Source: a virus
Virus record (IMG/VR): IMGVR_UViG_3300028388_002747
Location: 5,515 to 69,514 of that record
Strand: one strand, 5' to 3'
Length of the DNA stretch: 64,000 nucleotides
The notes under the pieces were generated by a model. The model saw only the letters and a program-made list of their open reading frames with translations, was not told the DNA's origin and made no database searches. The position numbers and the translations under genes were made by a program. Below, piece by piece: positions 1 to 10,244 of this stretch (position 1 is its first letter; each line of letters begins with the position of its first letter).

Positions 1-371
1 CTGCTGGATACTTTACTCAATACAATGGAAATCCTTACCCATACATTGTTAAATTAACTCAAACAGGGGCTGTAGATCCTTCTTTAGATGCTGTAGGTAC
101 AGGTTTTGATGCTCCTGTATTCATAATTAAAAATATTTGGGGAGACAAATTATGGTGTTATGGTAGTTTTACATCTTATAATGGTGTACCTTCCCCTAAT
201 TATATTGTATTAAATTCTGATGGGTCAGTTTTCTGGGCTGCACCAGAATCTTATTATAATGTATATGTTATCGGTAATGATTTATTTGGTATGGATTTTA
301 CAACAAATCTCAATGAATTAAGGTTTACATTTGATCCAACATACACAACCACAACAACAACAACAGTATAA
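1..371 (+). CDS. 3' end (partial) of a delta-60-repeat (DUF5122-like) beta-propeller virion protein with a poly-Thr tail
   Basis: The frame starting at position 3 is open: AGYFTQYNG..IVKLTQTGAVDPS..GTGFD..GSFTSYNG..IVLNSDGSV, matching delta-60 repeats. It ends in a Thr run, then V and TAA at 369-371, overlapping the next ATG. Absent from the ORF track. Confidence 0.75.
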   Translation, partial: AGYFTQYNGNPYPYIVKLTQTGAVDPSLDAVGTGFDAPVFIIKNIWGDKLWCYGSFTSYNGVPSPNYIVLNSDGSVFWAAPESYYNVYVIGNDLFGMDFTTNLNELRFTFDPTYTTTTTTTV

Positions 372-1450
372 TGGCAGATATAATTATAACATTAACGACT
401 GTAGGTGCTGATCAAGGCCCATTATTTGATCTCTACTCAGATGTAGATGGTTATTCTAGTGCTTTTGAAGTAGGAGTAGCTCAAGCTGCTTTAGAAAGTG
501 GTTACACTACAGCTCTAGCTCCAGATGGCACATCTATTGTAAGAGTCTGTGGTCAAGGTGTTAAATGCTCTAATTGTGTAGATATTCCAATTATATATAC
601 AACTACAACTACTACAACTCTCACTCCTGTAGGATGTGAAGAAACAGCAAATTCTGGAGGTGTAGGTGTGACAGAATACTTCATCCAGCTTGAAACTGAT
701 GGAGGAGAATTAGTATTAGACTTTGATGCTTATGGTGTTCCGGATAAATTAGAAATCCTTCACAATGGAATTAAAGTAGCTACATCAGGTATGACAGTAG
801 CTAACTCAGGCCCATTCGATGATATTTATGGAGATCCAACAGTACCAACACAACCACAAACATTAACAGTTGATCAATTTATAGGTACACAAAAAGCTGT
901 ACCACCAACTAGAGAAGCAGAAATATTTGCTGATTTAGGAAAAACTTTTATATCTAATGGACAACAACTAATTTGGTTTAGCTACACAGCTACAGATTAT
1001 TTAGATGATCCATTTGCTATTGTAAGAATTACAGGCCCAAGCGGTACAGCTTGGCAGTTAACTAGATTGTGTGATGAAAACACAACTACAACAACTACAA
1101 CTAGCACTAGTAGTACAACTACTACTACCACTACGGCAGCCCCTACTACTACAACTACTACAACATTATCTGGATTAATAGCTTCAACTATTAATGATCA
1201 TCCTAACACTAATTTAATTCAAGGGTGTGATATTTTAACAGCAAATGTTAATGTTAATGTATGGGTTGATACTCAATCTGGAAATAACATTCCAAGTATA
1301 GGTGATGTGATTTATCAAAATCCTTCAGGAACAGCTGTATATCCTGGAAATGGAGACTATTATAAATTTGAACTTGGTGGTGGAAGTTATTATGGTGCTA
1401 GGGTTAGTGCTGCAGGTGTGATATTAGCACCAATATCTATTTGTGCATAA
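371..1450 (+). CDS. Thr-rich modular virion/decoration protein
   Basis: 359 aa. Small Cys-bounded beta domains are separated by poly-Thr linkers; contains a 'FDAYGVPDK' module. TAATG coupling to the upstream gene. Confidence 0.65.
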   Translation: MADIIITLTTVGADQGPLFDLYSDVDGYSSAFEVGVAQAALESGYTTALAPDGTSIVRVCGQGVKCSNCVDIPIIYTTTTTTTLTPVGCEETANSGGVGVTEYFIQLETDGGELVLDFDAYGVPDKLEILHNGIKVATSGMTVANSGPFDDIYGDPTVPTQPQTLTVDQFIGTQKAVPPTREAEIFADLGKTFISNGQQLIWFSYTATDYLDDPFAIVRITGPSGTAWQLTRLCDENTTTTTTTSTSSTTTTTTTAAPTTTTTTTLSGLIASTINDHPNTNLIQGCDILTANVNVNVWVDTQSGNNIPSIGDVIYQNPSGTAVYPGNGDYYKFELGGGSYYGARVSAAGVILAPISICA

Positions 1451-1458
1451 TAATATAC

Positions 1459-1528
1459 ATAGTCATGTTTTTTGATTGGTTTTAGTGTGACTATAGCTCC
1501 CTGGAGCAAATTGTTTCAGGGAGTTTTA
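1459..1528 (+). terminator. Tandem hairpins / probable intrinsic terminator
   Basis: ATAGTCAT...GTGACTAT stem (1459-1494), then AGCTCCCTGGAGCAA/TTGTTTCAGGGAGTT stem (1495-1525) and TTA, directly after a stop codon. Confidence 0.6.
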
Positions 1529-1594
1529 ATAAAATAAGTTAAAAACAATTTGTTATCTTTACGGTAACACAGTTCATTTAAAATTTGAAATGTT

Positions 1595-2803
1595 ATGGAA
1601 CAACCTGAAAGTAATTTCGAGGACTTGGCAGAGTTATCGAGATTATTAAAGCGAAAGAGGAGCAGGGAGTTTTATGCAAAAAAATTAGGAGTGAGTGTTG
1701 AAACGATAGATCGGTATAAAAAGGAACTAAAAAAATACAGATCAAGCGAGAATACAAAGAAAGAAGATTTATTATTAGGTACTTTAGAAAGTATTAGAAC
1801 TATTTCATTTGAACCAAAAAACCATAAAGAATTAGCAATAATTCATAATGTGGATTTAAAGGTTTTTCAGATCACAAATTATTGGTCTAAACAAAAACCA
1901 AATGGAAAGTTTACTTCTTCAATATTCTGCAAGCGTAAAACGCCACAAGATTATTCACTAGAAGATTTTTCAAAGTTCCTGAAAAATTACAAATCTAACT
2001 ACATACCGAGAACCTCAATAGAGCGATCAGTTACGAAAGATACTGTTGATGTAGAATTAAGTGTAAGTGATTTGCACTTGGCTAAAAAGTATGTTGATGA
2101 AAAGAATTTAAATGTACAAAAAAGAGCTCAAAAGTTTTACAACATTGTAGAAAAGTTAGTGTTAAGAACAGCTAATTTTTATAATATAGATGAAATTGTA
2201 TTTCCTATTTCAAACGATTTTTTCCACACTGACACATATTGGAATACCTCAACAAAAGGTACACCACAAGATGTGATTGCAGAGTATGATGAAGAATATG
2301 AAGTAGGATTTGATTTATTAGTAAGATGTATTACGTTATTGACAAGTGTTTGCAATAAGCTCACTGTTGTATTAGTTCCAGGGAATCATGATAGGACAAA
2401 AGGATTCTACTTGGCCCATGCACTAGATGTGTATTTTAAAGGAGAGACCCATGTTTCTTTTCTCAGGAATAAAAACAACGATAAGGCTGTAGTGTTAGGT
2501 AAGACATTTATTGGTTACCATCATGGGAACTGTAAGATTGATCAACTACCATTATTATTTGCTACTAATAATGAAACAAGTAAGCAATTTGGAAATGCTA
2601 CTTATAGAGAAGTCCATACAGGTGATAAACATCATTATATGGCAAAAGAGGTGAAAGGTGTTAGAATACAACAAATGCCTAGTATGTCAGGAAATGACAG
2701 ATGGCACAAAGATAATTTATATGTCAATAATGTAAGAGCAGCATTGTTATTGATGTATGACAAGAAAAAAGGAAAAATTGGGGAGCTAGAAGAAAGACTA
2801 TAA
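1595..2803 (+). CDS. Calcineurin-like metallophosphoesterase with N-terminal HTH
   Basis: Motifs SDLH, NDFFH, GNHD, HHG and HTGDKH. N-terminal 'YAKKLGVSVETIDRY' is HTH-like. Confidence 0.8.
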   Translation: MEQPESNFEDLAELSRLLKRKRSREFYAKKLGVSVETIDRYKKELKKYRSSENTKKEDLLLGTLESIRTISFEPKNHKELAIIHNVDLKVFQITNYWSKQKPNGKFTSSIFCKRKTPQDYSLEDFSKFLKNYKSNYIPRTSIERSVTKDTVDVELSVSDLHLAKKYVDEKNLNVQKRAQKFYNIVEKLVLRTANFYNIDEIVFPISNDFFHTDTYWNTSTKGTPQDVIAEYDEEYEVGFDLLVRCITLLTSVCNKLTVVLVPGNHDRTKGFYLAHALDVYFKGETHVSFLRNKNNDKAVVLGKTFIGYHHGNCKIDQLPLLFATNNETSKQFGNATYREVHTGDKHHYMAKEVKGVRIQQMPSMSGNDRWHKDNLYVNNVRAALLLMYDKKKGKIGELEERL

Positions 2804-2805
2804 TT

Positions 2806-3540
2806 ATGAGCACATTAAGACAAATGGTATCAAGTGTAAGGAGTACACATCGTATTCTTTCCACGGATTCTATGATTACAGATAGAGCTATTGCTAGAGA
2901 AATCAAGCAGGCTTCTCTTTTGCTTATAAAGAGAGAAACTAATCTTAGAAAGCTATGGGGTACAGATACTCTGTTTACTACAATACCTTGTTTGGAAATG
3001 ATTGAAGTTCCAATTACAGATTGTTGTGATTATGCAGAAAACCTATATATAGCTCGAAGTAAACATAAGTTACCTAGAATAGCAGAAGGAAACTACAACT
3101 ATGTTATTCAAGGAGTTTATTCAATCAATGTGCTTGGTGGAACTGGTAAGAAATTAAAAGAAATTAGTATTAATAGATACTTAAATCTTTTAAAACTTCC
3201 CACTAAGAAAAACGAAGAATATTTTTGGATTAATAATGACTATTTATATGTAAGTTCTAGTTTTGTAGAAAAGGTTAGAATTTCAGCTTTATTTACTGAA
3301 GGATATGTATCTAATGACTTAATGTATCCTCAAGATTGTGAATGTTCTGGAGATAATTATACTATAGAAGAATATTGTATGAATCCTCTTGATAAACAAT
3401 TTTACTTACCGGCCTACTTAGAACAACAAGTTATGGATATTGTAAGTAAAGGGTTGAGAGAAACGTATTTCCAAATTCAGCAAGATGTTAGTAATGAAGG
3501 TATAGATGGGCAACAAATCAACTCAACACCTACAGATTAA
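2806..3540 (+). CDS. Probable tail ring/tubular protein (crAss-like)
   Basis: 244 aa. Lies before the IHF-like and muzzle genes as in crAss-like tail modules. Cys-containing 'CLEMIEVP..DCC' segment and C-terminal 'FYLP..L' motif. Confidence 0.55.
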   Translation: MSTLRQMVSSVRSTHRILSTDSMITDRAIAREIKQASLLLIKRETNLRKLWGTDTLFTTIPCLEMIEVPITDCCDYAENLYIARSKHKLPRIAEGNYNYVIQGVYSINVLGGTGKKLKEISINRYLNLLKLPTKKNEEYFWINNDYLYVSSSFVEKVRISALFTEGYVSNDLMYPQDCECSGDNYTIEEYCMNPLDKQFYLPAYLEQQVMDIVSKGLRETYFQIQQDVSNEGIDGQQINSTPTD

Positions 3541-4019
3541 TGAGAACTAAAATAGATTGGAGGAGTGCAAGTAAAAACAACTATTTGGATTTTTGTAAAA
3601 AACATCCAGACATAGAGTTAACTTTTATAGAATGGAAAAATATAATTTACATCTATAATGACTATTACAGAAATTATATCTTAGAAACTGGGGACACTGT
3701 AAAGATGCCTTTTGGATTTGGGGAGTTTTCTGTAATAAAAAAGAAAAGAAAAACTAAAAAAACAATAGACGGAAAAGAATATATCAATCTACCTATTGAC
3801 TGGAAAAGAACCAGAGAACTAGGTAAAAAAGTTTATAATTTTAATAGACACACAGATGGGTATTTTTTTGGATGGTATTGGTTTAAAAAGAAGGCTAGGA
3901 TTAAACATCCTAAACTCTGGTATTTTAAACCAGCTAGAGCTACTTCCAGACTGATCCAACATTATTTGACAACAGATAAAAAATATCAATATCTCTATAA
4001 AGAGATTTCAAAATATTAA
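3540..4019 (+). CDS. IHF/HU-like DNA-binding protein
   Basis: Very basic, 159 aa. 'GDTVKMPFGFGEFSV' resembles the HU/IHF core; crAss-like phages carry IHF-like genes in this module. Confidence 0.65.
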   Translation: MRTKIDWRSASKNNYLDFCKKHPDIELTFIEWKNIIYIYNDYYRNYILETGDTVKMPFGFGEFSVIKKKRKTKKTIDGKEYINLPIDWKRTRELGKKVYNFNRHTDGYFFGWYWFKKKARIKHPKLWYFKPARATSRLIQHYLTTDKKYQYLYKEISKY

Positions 4020-4022
4020 GCT

Positions 4023-5018
4023 ATGGCATATTACTATAAATATAATTTCATTTCTCCAGAACCAATCTACGCGATTGTAAAGGAAGAGTTGAAATCTTAC
4101 TTTGATACTGGAGCAGTTGATGACTTATTATTTCCTGTATACACTAATAAGTGTCTGGAAAAATTAGGTAGAGCTACTCATGCTATTGTGCCTGTAGTTT
4201 TATATGTAGAAGATTTTAAAGCAAGACTTCCTGATAATTTTTATGCTGTTAGAGAAGCATGGTACTGCCATTGGATAGGTGGGGGTACTTACAAAGATAA
4301 TTCTGCTTTTTATACACAAACATCAGATTTAAACACAATCCAGGTTAGTCCTCTTACGATTGGTGGTGATCCTACATGCAATAACCCTATTTGTGAAGAT
4401 CCAAATTGTGAAGGAGAATGTTTAAATCAAGTAGTGCAGGCAGTTTATAAAACTGTAAATGAATTACCAAGAAGTTCATTCAAAAGAAGTTTCTTATTGA
4501 AGCCAGGAAATATTTCCATGGAGCCAGAATGCTCATATAACTATAATGAGGTGGGAGCCTTATATGGAAACATTTCTACAGTAGACCTTCCTGTACCACA
4601 ATCAGCAGATTATGATTCTTTTGATATACACGATAACCAACTTGTTACAACTTTTAGAGAAGGTGTAGTAGAGCTTGTAATGTATGCTTCTGATTTTGAT
4701 AATCTAGGAAATCAAATGATTCCAGATAATTATAGAATCAGAGAATTTATTGAAGCTTTTATTAAATATAAAGTATTTGAAACTTTGACGAATCAGACTA
4801 ATGATGAAACATTTAACCAATTACAGCAAAAAATGATGTTGTATAAACAAATGGCAGGTGAGGCATACATTATGGCTGAAAGTGAAATTAAAAAACAAGA
4901 TGTTTATACAAAGCAGAGAAGAATAAGAAAAAATCTTAAAAGATTCGATAAATACGAACTACCTTCTAGCAGAAGGGGAAGAAGTGGAAGAAATTTCAGA
5001 AGAAATAGATACTATTAA
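4023..5018 (+). CDS. Probable tail ring/tubular protein
   Basis: 331 aa immediately upstream of the muzzle gene. 'LPDNFY' and 'GNQMIPDN..EAFIKYK' patterns are typical of crAss-like ring proteins. Confidence 0.55.
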   Translation: MAYYYKYNFISPEPIYAIVKEELKSYFDTGAVDDLLFPVYTNKCLEKLGRATHAIVPVVLYVEDFKARLPDNFYAVREAWYCHWIGGGTYKDNSAFYTQTSDLNTIQVSPLTIGGDPTCNNPICEDPNCEGECLNQVVQAVYKTVNELPRSSFKRSFLLKPGNISMEPECSYNYNEVGALYGNISTVDLPVPQSADYDSFDIHDNQLVTTFREGVVELVMYASDFDNLGNQMIPDNYRIREFIEAFIKYKVFETLTNQTNDETFNQLQQKMMLYKQMAGEAYIMAESEIKKQDVYTKQRRIRKNLKRFDKYELPSSRRGRSGRNFRRNRYY

Positions 5019-5026
5019 TAATAACC

Positions 5027-8000
5027 ATGGCAGAAGAGTCTAATAAAAGTAACGTTAAACAAGAATTTAATGCTGCTACAACCGGTTTAAATTTAGATAA
5101 CTCTCAAAATAATATAAAAAAGGGGGTACTTTCCTATGCTCTAAATGCAGCTATGGAAAACTTTGATGCTAATTCTGTACAATATCAAAATGAACCTGGT
5201 AACACTCCATGTTTTGATTTTCCTGAAGGATATGTTTTAGTTGGTAGATATTACATTCCAGAGAAGAGTAAGATTTTGTTTTGGTTAACTAATCCTGATG
5301 GAGGAGATGAGATTGGTTACATGGAAAATAATGACTGTGTTTATAAAACTCTTGTAAATGCAGATTGTTTAAATTTTGATATTAACAGACCTATACTTGG
5401 TATTGTACATAGAATACAAAGAAACGGAGAAGTAGAGGTTTATTGGTCAGATAATAATGGAAGACGTTACTTAAATATAGATGATATTCCTTATCTACCA
5501 CTTTCTACCTCTGATATTTGTGATCCGGAAGATAGCTCTGAGTTAGACTGTAATGCTTTATTGCTTCAGCCAGATATAACAACACCTTATACAAGTGTCA
5601 CAGATGTTATCTCTGGAGGAGAGATTACCAGTGGTACATACCAATTTACAGTACAATATGCAGATGCTAATGGAAATCCATATACATCTTACTACAATGT
5701 AACTAACCCTTTACCTATTGCAGATACTGATACAGCAACAGTGAATTTTGATATTCCTGTAGGTAAAAGTATTGTTGTTAACGTAGATAATTTAGATCCC
5801 CTTGGTCAATATAAATGGTTTAATCTGGCCGTAATTAAAACTGTTAATAATATCTCTACCCCTGAGTTAGTTGGTACATATTTTATAGATGATACTTTTA
5901 AACAGATAACTTATACCGGCCAGATTCAAACTAATATTCAATTATCTATATCAGATATATTTGAAAAATTTGCTTTCTATGAGAATGCTGATTATGTAAC
6001 TGCTGTACAAGATGTGTTAGTATGGCAAGGTGTTACACTTCCTGAGCGTGTAAGCTATCAAAAAATAGCAAACCAAATAACTTTACAATGGCAGACTTAC
6101 AGATTACCTCCTTCTGATAGAGGCTATGCTAATGAAGTAAATGCAGCTAATCTTAGAAGTTATTTAAGAGATGAAGTCTATGCATTTGAAATAGCATTTC
6201 TATTAAAAGGAAAAGGAGAAACAGATGCTTTTCATATCCCTGGAAGATCTATAGGTGCTTTAGAAATAGCTCAACCAGATATACAAGTTGATAATCCAGA
6301 TTATATAGGAGATGGCGTAAACCCTTCTCCATATTGGTATGTATATAATACTGCTACAGTGGTAGGTACTTCTTCTGAATACACACCTGAAGATGATTAT
6401 AAAGGGCCATATCAATTTGGTGATTTTGCTTATTGGGAATCTACAGAAGAATATCCTTGTGATGAAGATGTATGGGGAGATTTAGCAGGAGAAAAAATCA
6501 GACACCATAAATTTCCAGATGTAGCTATAAGTCCTATTATTGAAGGAACAGTTTTTACAAGTCCTCAAGATTTACAAACTGAAGATGTAGCTATTTTTCC
6601 AATAGGAGTTAAAATAGATAGTGCAGAAATAGAGAGACTTATAAGAGATTCAGAAGATCTCACTGATGCACAAAAAGCAGATATTGTAGGATATAAAATT
6701 ACCAGAGCAGATAGAGGTATAAATAAATCTATCATTGCAAAAGGTATGCTAAGAAACGTTGGGAAATATGAAAGAGATGATCAAGAATTCTATTATCCAA
6801 ATTATCCTTACAATGATTTAAATCAGGATCCATTTATTAATAGTTTAAATAATGCTCTTTTACAACAATGTGAACCATTCACTGTAGAAGTTTTTAATTT
6901 AACAGACACTTGTGAAGATGGGCCTTGTTTAAAAGTTGAATATGTAAACTGTACATCAGCAAGAACTGATACAACAGAATATTATGCAACAGGTACATAT
7001 ACTCTTTGTTCTATTGGTAGACCGAGGTTCATTTCTCCAGGAACATTTGATAAGTTGATTTTTAGAAACAACCCAAATTTACCTTTACCTGCTAATGATG
7101 CAGATGGTAATATTACATATGCAAATCATGATATATATGATGTAGGTAAAAGTAGAAATAGAGGATGTAGAATAGAGTGGGAAGATGCTACACAAGGTAC
7201 AACGAGTGAATGGTTTAATGGTGTAGGTGATGGAGATCAAGACCCTTGGAGAGTAAGAGTAGTTCCAGGAACTGTTCCAGTGAAAACAGATGGAGCAGGA
7301 GCAGAACTTATTCGTTTTGTTGATACTGTTGAAGCAGAGGATTGTTTTGAAGAAGATAATCCTATCACTATAAATTCAGAAGATTATAATAGACAAATAT
7401 TTAACTCTCCTGAAACTTCATTTGGTCAGCCATTTTTAGGTAACATTCTAAAATTAGAGAGTGTTATGTTTGGAGGTGGTAAAGGTCATTTTGTAGAAGT
7501 TAAAGATAATGCTAAGTATAGACTTATTACAAAAGAAGCTCAAGAAGATGCTTTAGCAACTGCAGAAAGAGTAGCTGCCCAAACACAATCATTCAATCTT
7601 GAAGCTATGTTTGCTGTGTATAATGCTCAGCTCACTATATTTAGAAATGACATCACTAAACGTAATTTTGCAAGAAGTTTCAACTCTATTGCTAGCTATA
7701 ACTACACTGTACCGGTTCCTAATGACCAAGGTGTAAAACAGAGAAATCTTGATATTAAACGCTACCTAATACCAGAAGTATTAAATGTTGGTGAAGATGA
7801 TATAAACATTAATAACTTTCAAAGAGAAACATCTGTTTATTTAAGATGCACAGAAACATTACCTGTTCCTCATGAAAGTCCTGAAATGCTTTCAACAGGC
7901 TTAGTGGAAGAGAGTAGATTTACTATTAGTGAAAAAGGTAATTGTTCAAAACCAGAAAAAGAAGAACCTTTATCTGTAGTATCTTATTATGGGTCATTAA

Positions 8001-10243
8001 AAAATCAGTTTGTAAATCAATATGGACAGATTTATTCTTATGAAAGTATAGATACAGGATTTACTAAAATATTTGATAATGAAGAACTTACAGAGGATAT
8101 AATATGGGGAGGTGATACTTTTATAGGTAGATTTGCTTATAAAACTAAAGTACCATTCTTTATTGATAATCGCGTAAACTTCCCTGATGATAGTGATATA
8201 TTCTATGATGAAATAGGAAATATAGGATTCCCTAGATATTGGCATTCTTCAAGGTCAATTCTTGAAACATGGCAAGGTAGTTTTGATTCTGATTTAGTAT
8301 TAACTAACTTTTTAAGTTATAAAGCAACTAATTTTGATTGTCCTAACTCTCAAGAGTTGACACCAGAATCTGCAGATCCAGAAACAAATCCTAATAGAAC
8401 ATTCTATGATGGATTCTTTTACATGTTTGCATATGGAATTCCTAGTTTCTATTGTGAAAGTTCATATAATCTTGATTTAAGAACAGCCTTTAATAATAAA
8501 GAAGGAGATTTTTGGCCACATGTTTCTTCAGGAATACCTGACAACTGGGTGCAAGAAACTAATGTTCCTATTGCTCAAGATAATACATACAATTATAATG
8601 TAACATTTTCTAAACAAAATAAAGAAAGTGTAATAAGTAACTTACCAGCAGACTGGGATCCAGATGATGAAATTACTTATTACCCATTTAGAGCTGTATA
8701 CTCTGATATTTTAAATTCAGGAACAAGTATAAACAATTGGTTGGTTTATAGACCAGCTAGTTTGTTTGATTTTCCACAGAACTTTGGAAACTTAACAGCT
8801 TTAGACAGTTTAAAAGACACAGCAATACTAGCTAGATTTGAGAATAAAAGTTTGCTGTACAACAATTTATTAGTGCTGGATACATCTAATCCACAAGCAG
8901 CTTTTTTAGGAAATCCTAATTTCTTTTCTGCCCCTCCAATAGATTATGCAGAAACAGATCAAGGATATATGGGAGCACAAAATAAGATGTTATTAAAAAC
9001 ACCTTATGGTGCTGTTAGTGTAGATGCTAAACGTGGACATGTATTTTTAATTAATGGTCAACAAGCAGAAGATTTAACTCAATTTGGTTCCGGAATGCAT
9101 AGATGGTTTACAGCACATTTACCATTTGAAATCTTAAACTATTTCCCTGGAATAAATACAGACAATCATTATAACGGGATTGGATTGCATGGTGTGTTTG
9201 ATAGTAATTACGAAAGAGTAATTCTAACTAAAATAGACTATGTTCCTCTATCTGAAAAAATTAGATATGAAAATAATAAGTTTGTTATTAATGAAAAAGG
9301 CTTTGATAAAGAAGTATTTTTAAATGACAGTGATTATTTTTGTAATGTATCATGGACAATATCCTTTAACTTTAATACAAAGAGTTGGATAAGTTTCCAT
9401 AGTTATATACCTAATTGGTATGTAGGAGAAAGCAATTTCTTCTATTCTGGATTAAATAGTTGTCCAAATGATTTTGATGCATTAGTGGCAGTTGTGGATC
9501 AAACTATTCCATCTACCACTACAACTACTACATTACCATTAACCACTACAACAAGTACAACAGTGTTTATTAAAGATCCAGAGTGTGACTTTGATGCAGT
9601 TGCTGAAGTTCCAGATTGTGGTCTTGAAGGTGAAGGTGTGTTTGTAGATGCAGAACCAGTAGAACCATGTAGAAGACCAAGAACAGTGCAAACAGCATTC
9701 TTATTTACAGGATATAATTTAGTAACTCCTACAGCAATCGTAGATAGTACAGGAAGCTCAACAGATGCTTGTGCTCATGTAAGTGTGTTCTTAGCTTTCC
9801 AAGGTGATGAAACTAATAACTACACTCCAACAACTATTATTGCTGAAGCAATAGCATTTGAAGTAGGCAATAAAGTTTATGATGGAAATACAGGTACAGA
9901 TTGTCAAGTAGTTCCTGATGGATGGTATTTCACTGGAGAAGGAGCTGAATTAGGACAAGTGTTTGAGGTTAATAGTGGGGATATAGTTAGTGTTGTTTCT
10001 TGTGGATTATCTGTTAGTACAACCACTACTACAACTACACCTAATCCTGGTATAATAAGTGTATGTTATCAATCAGATATTGCTGCTGGTGATCCATCAT
10101 ATCCACTAGGAGGTGTAATCAATTATATTGATGTAGATGGTAATCCTCAAACTTATACTAACTTCTATGCCCCTGATACAATTCAATTAGAAGTATTAGA
10201 TGTAACATCTACATTTGGTGTAACCCCATTAATATGTCCATAA
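5027..10243 (+). CDS. Muzzle / tail stabilisation protein (P22 gp10-like), N-terminal major part, with C-terminal Thr/Cys-rich extension
   Basis: 1738 aa. Motifs GLNLD..YALNA, GTYQF..QY, SYLRDEVYAF, IRHHKFP, WGGDTFIGRFAYK, VDAKRGHVF, WTISF and SWISFHSYIP are characteristic of crAss-like muzzle proteins. Confidence 0.75.
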   Translation: MAEESNKSNVKQEFNAATTGLNLDNSQNNIKKGVLSYALNAAMENFDANSVQYQNEPGNTPCFDFPEGYVLVGRYYIPEKSKILFWLTNPDGGDEIGYMENNDCVYKTLVNADCLNFDINRPILGIVHRIQRNGEVEVYWSDNNGRRYLNIDDIPYLPLSTSDICDPEDSSELDCNALLLQPDITTPYTSVTDVISGGEITSGTYQFTVQYADANGNPYTSYYNVTNPLPIADTDTATVNFDIPVGKSIVVNVDNLDPLGQYKWFNLAVIKTVNNISTPELVGTYFIDDTFKQITYTGQIQTNIQLSISDIFEKFAFYENADYVTAVQDVLVWQGVTLPERVSYQKIANQITLQWQTYRLPPSDRGYANEVNAANLRSYLRDEVYAFEIAFLLKGKGETDAFHIPGRSIGALEIAQPDIQVDNPDYIGDGVNPSPYWYVYNTATVVGTSSEYTPEDDYKGPYQFGDFAYWESTEEYPCDEDVWGDLAGEKIRHHKFPDVAISPIIEGTVFTSPQDLQTEDVAIFPIGVKIDSAEIERLIRDSEDLTDAQKADIVGYKITRADRGINKSIIAKGMLRNVGKYERDDQEFYYPNYPYNDLNQDPFINSLNNALLQQCEPFTVEVFNLTDTCEDGPCLKVEYVNCTSARTDTTEYYATGTYTLCSIGRPRFISPGTFDKLIFRNNPNLPLPANDADGNITYANHDIYDVGKSRNRGCRIEWEDATQGTTSEWFNGVGDGDQDPWRVRVVPGTVPVKTDGAGAELIRFVDTVEAEDCFEEDNPITINSEDYNRQIFNSPETSFGQPFLGNILKLESVMFGGGKGHFVEVKDNAKYRLITKEAQEDALATAERVAAQTQSFNLEAMFAVYNAQLTIFRNDITKRNFARSFNSIASYNYTVPVPNDQGVKQRNLDIKRYLIPEVLNVGEDDININNFQRETSVYLRCTETLPVPHESPEMLSTGLVEESRFTISEKGNCSKPEKEEPLSVVSYYGSLKNQFVNQYGQIYSYESIDTGFTKIFDNEELTEDIIWGGDTFIGRFAYKTKVPFFIDNRVNFPDDSDIFYDEIGNIGFPRYWHSSRSILETWQGSFDSDLVLTNFLSYKATNFDCPNSQELTPESADPETNPNRTFYDGFFYMFAYGIPSFYCESSYNLDLRTAFNNKEGDFWPHVSSGIPDNWVQETNVPIAQDNTYNYNVTFSKQNKESVISNLPADWDPDDEITYYPFRAVYSDILNSGTSINNWLVYRPASLFDFPQNFGNLTALDSLKDTAILARFENKSLLYNNLLVLDTSNPQAAFLGNPNFFSAPPIDYAETDQGYMGAQNKMLLKTPYGAVSVDAKRGHVFLINGQQAEDLTQFGSGMHRWFTAHLPFEILNYFPGINTDNHYNGIGLHGVFDSNYERVILTKIDYVPLSEKIRYENNKFVINEKGFDKEVFLNDSDYFCNVSWTISFNFNTKSWISFHSYIPNWYVGESNFFYSGLNSCPNDFDALVAVVDQTIPSTTTTTTLPLTTTTSTTVFIKDPECDFDAVAEVPDCGLEGEGVFVDAEPVEPCRRPRTVQTAFLFTGYNLVTPTAIVDSTGSSTDACAHVSVFLAFQGDETNNYTPTTIIAEAIAFEVGNKVYDGNTGTDCQVVPDGWYFTGEGAELGQVFEVNSGDIVSVVSCGLSVSTTTTTTTPNPGIISVCYQSDIAAGDPSYPLGGVINYIDVDGNPQTYTNFYAPDTIQLEVLDVTSTFGVTPLICP

Positions 10244-10244
10244 T

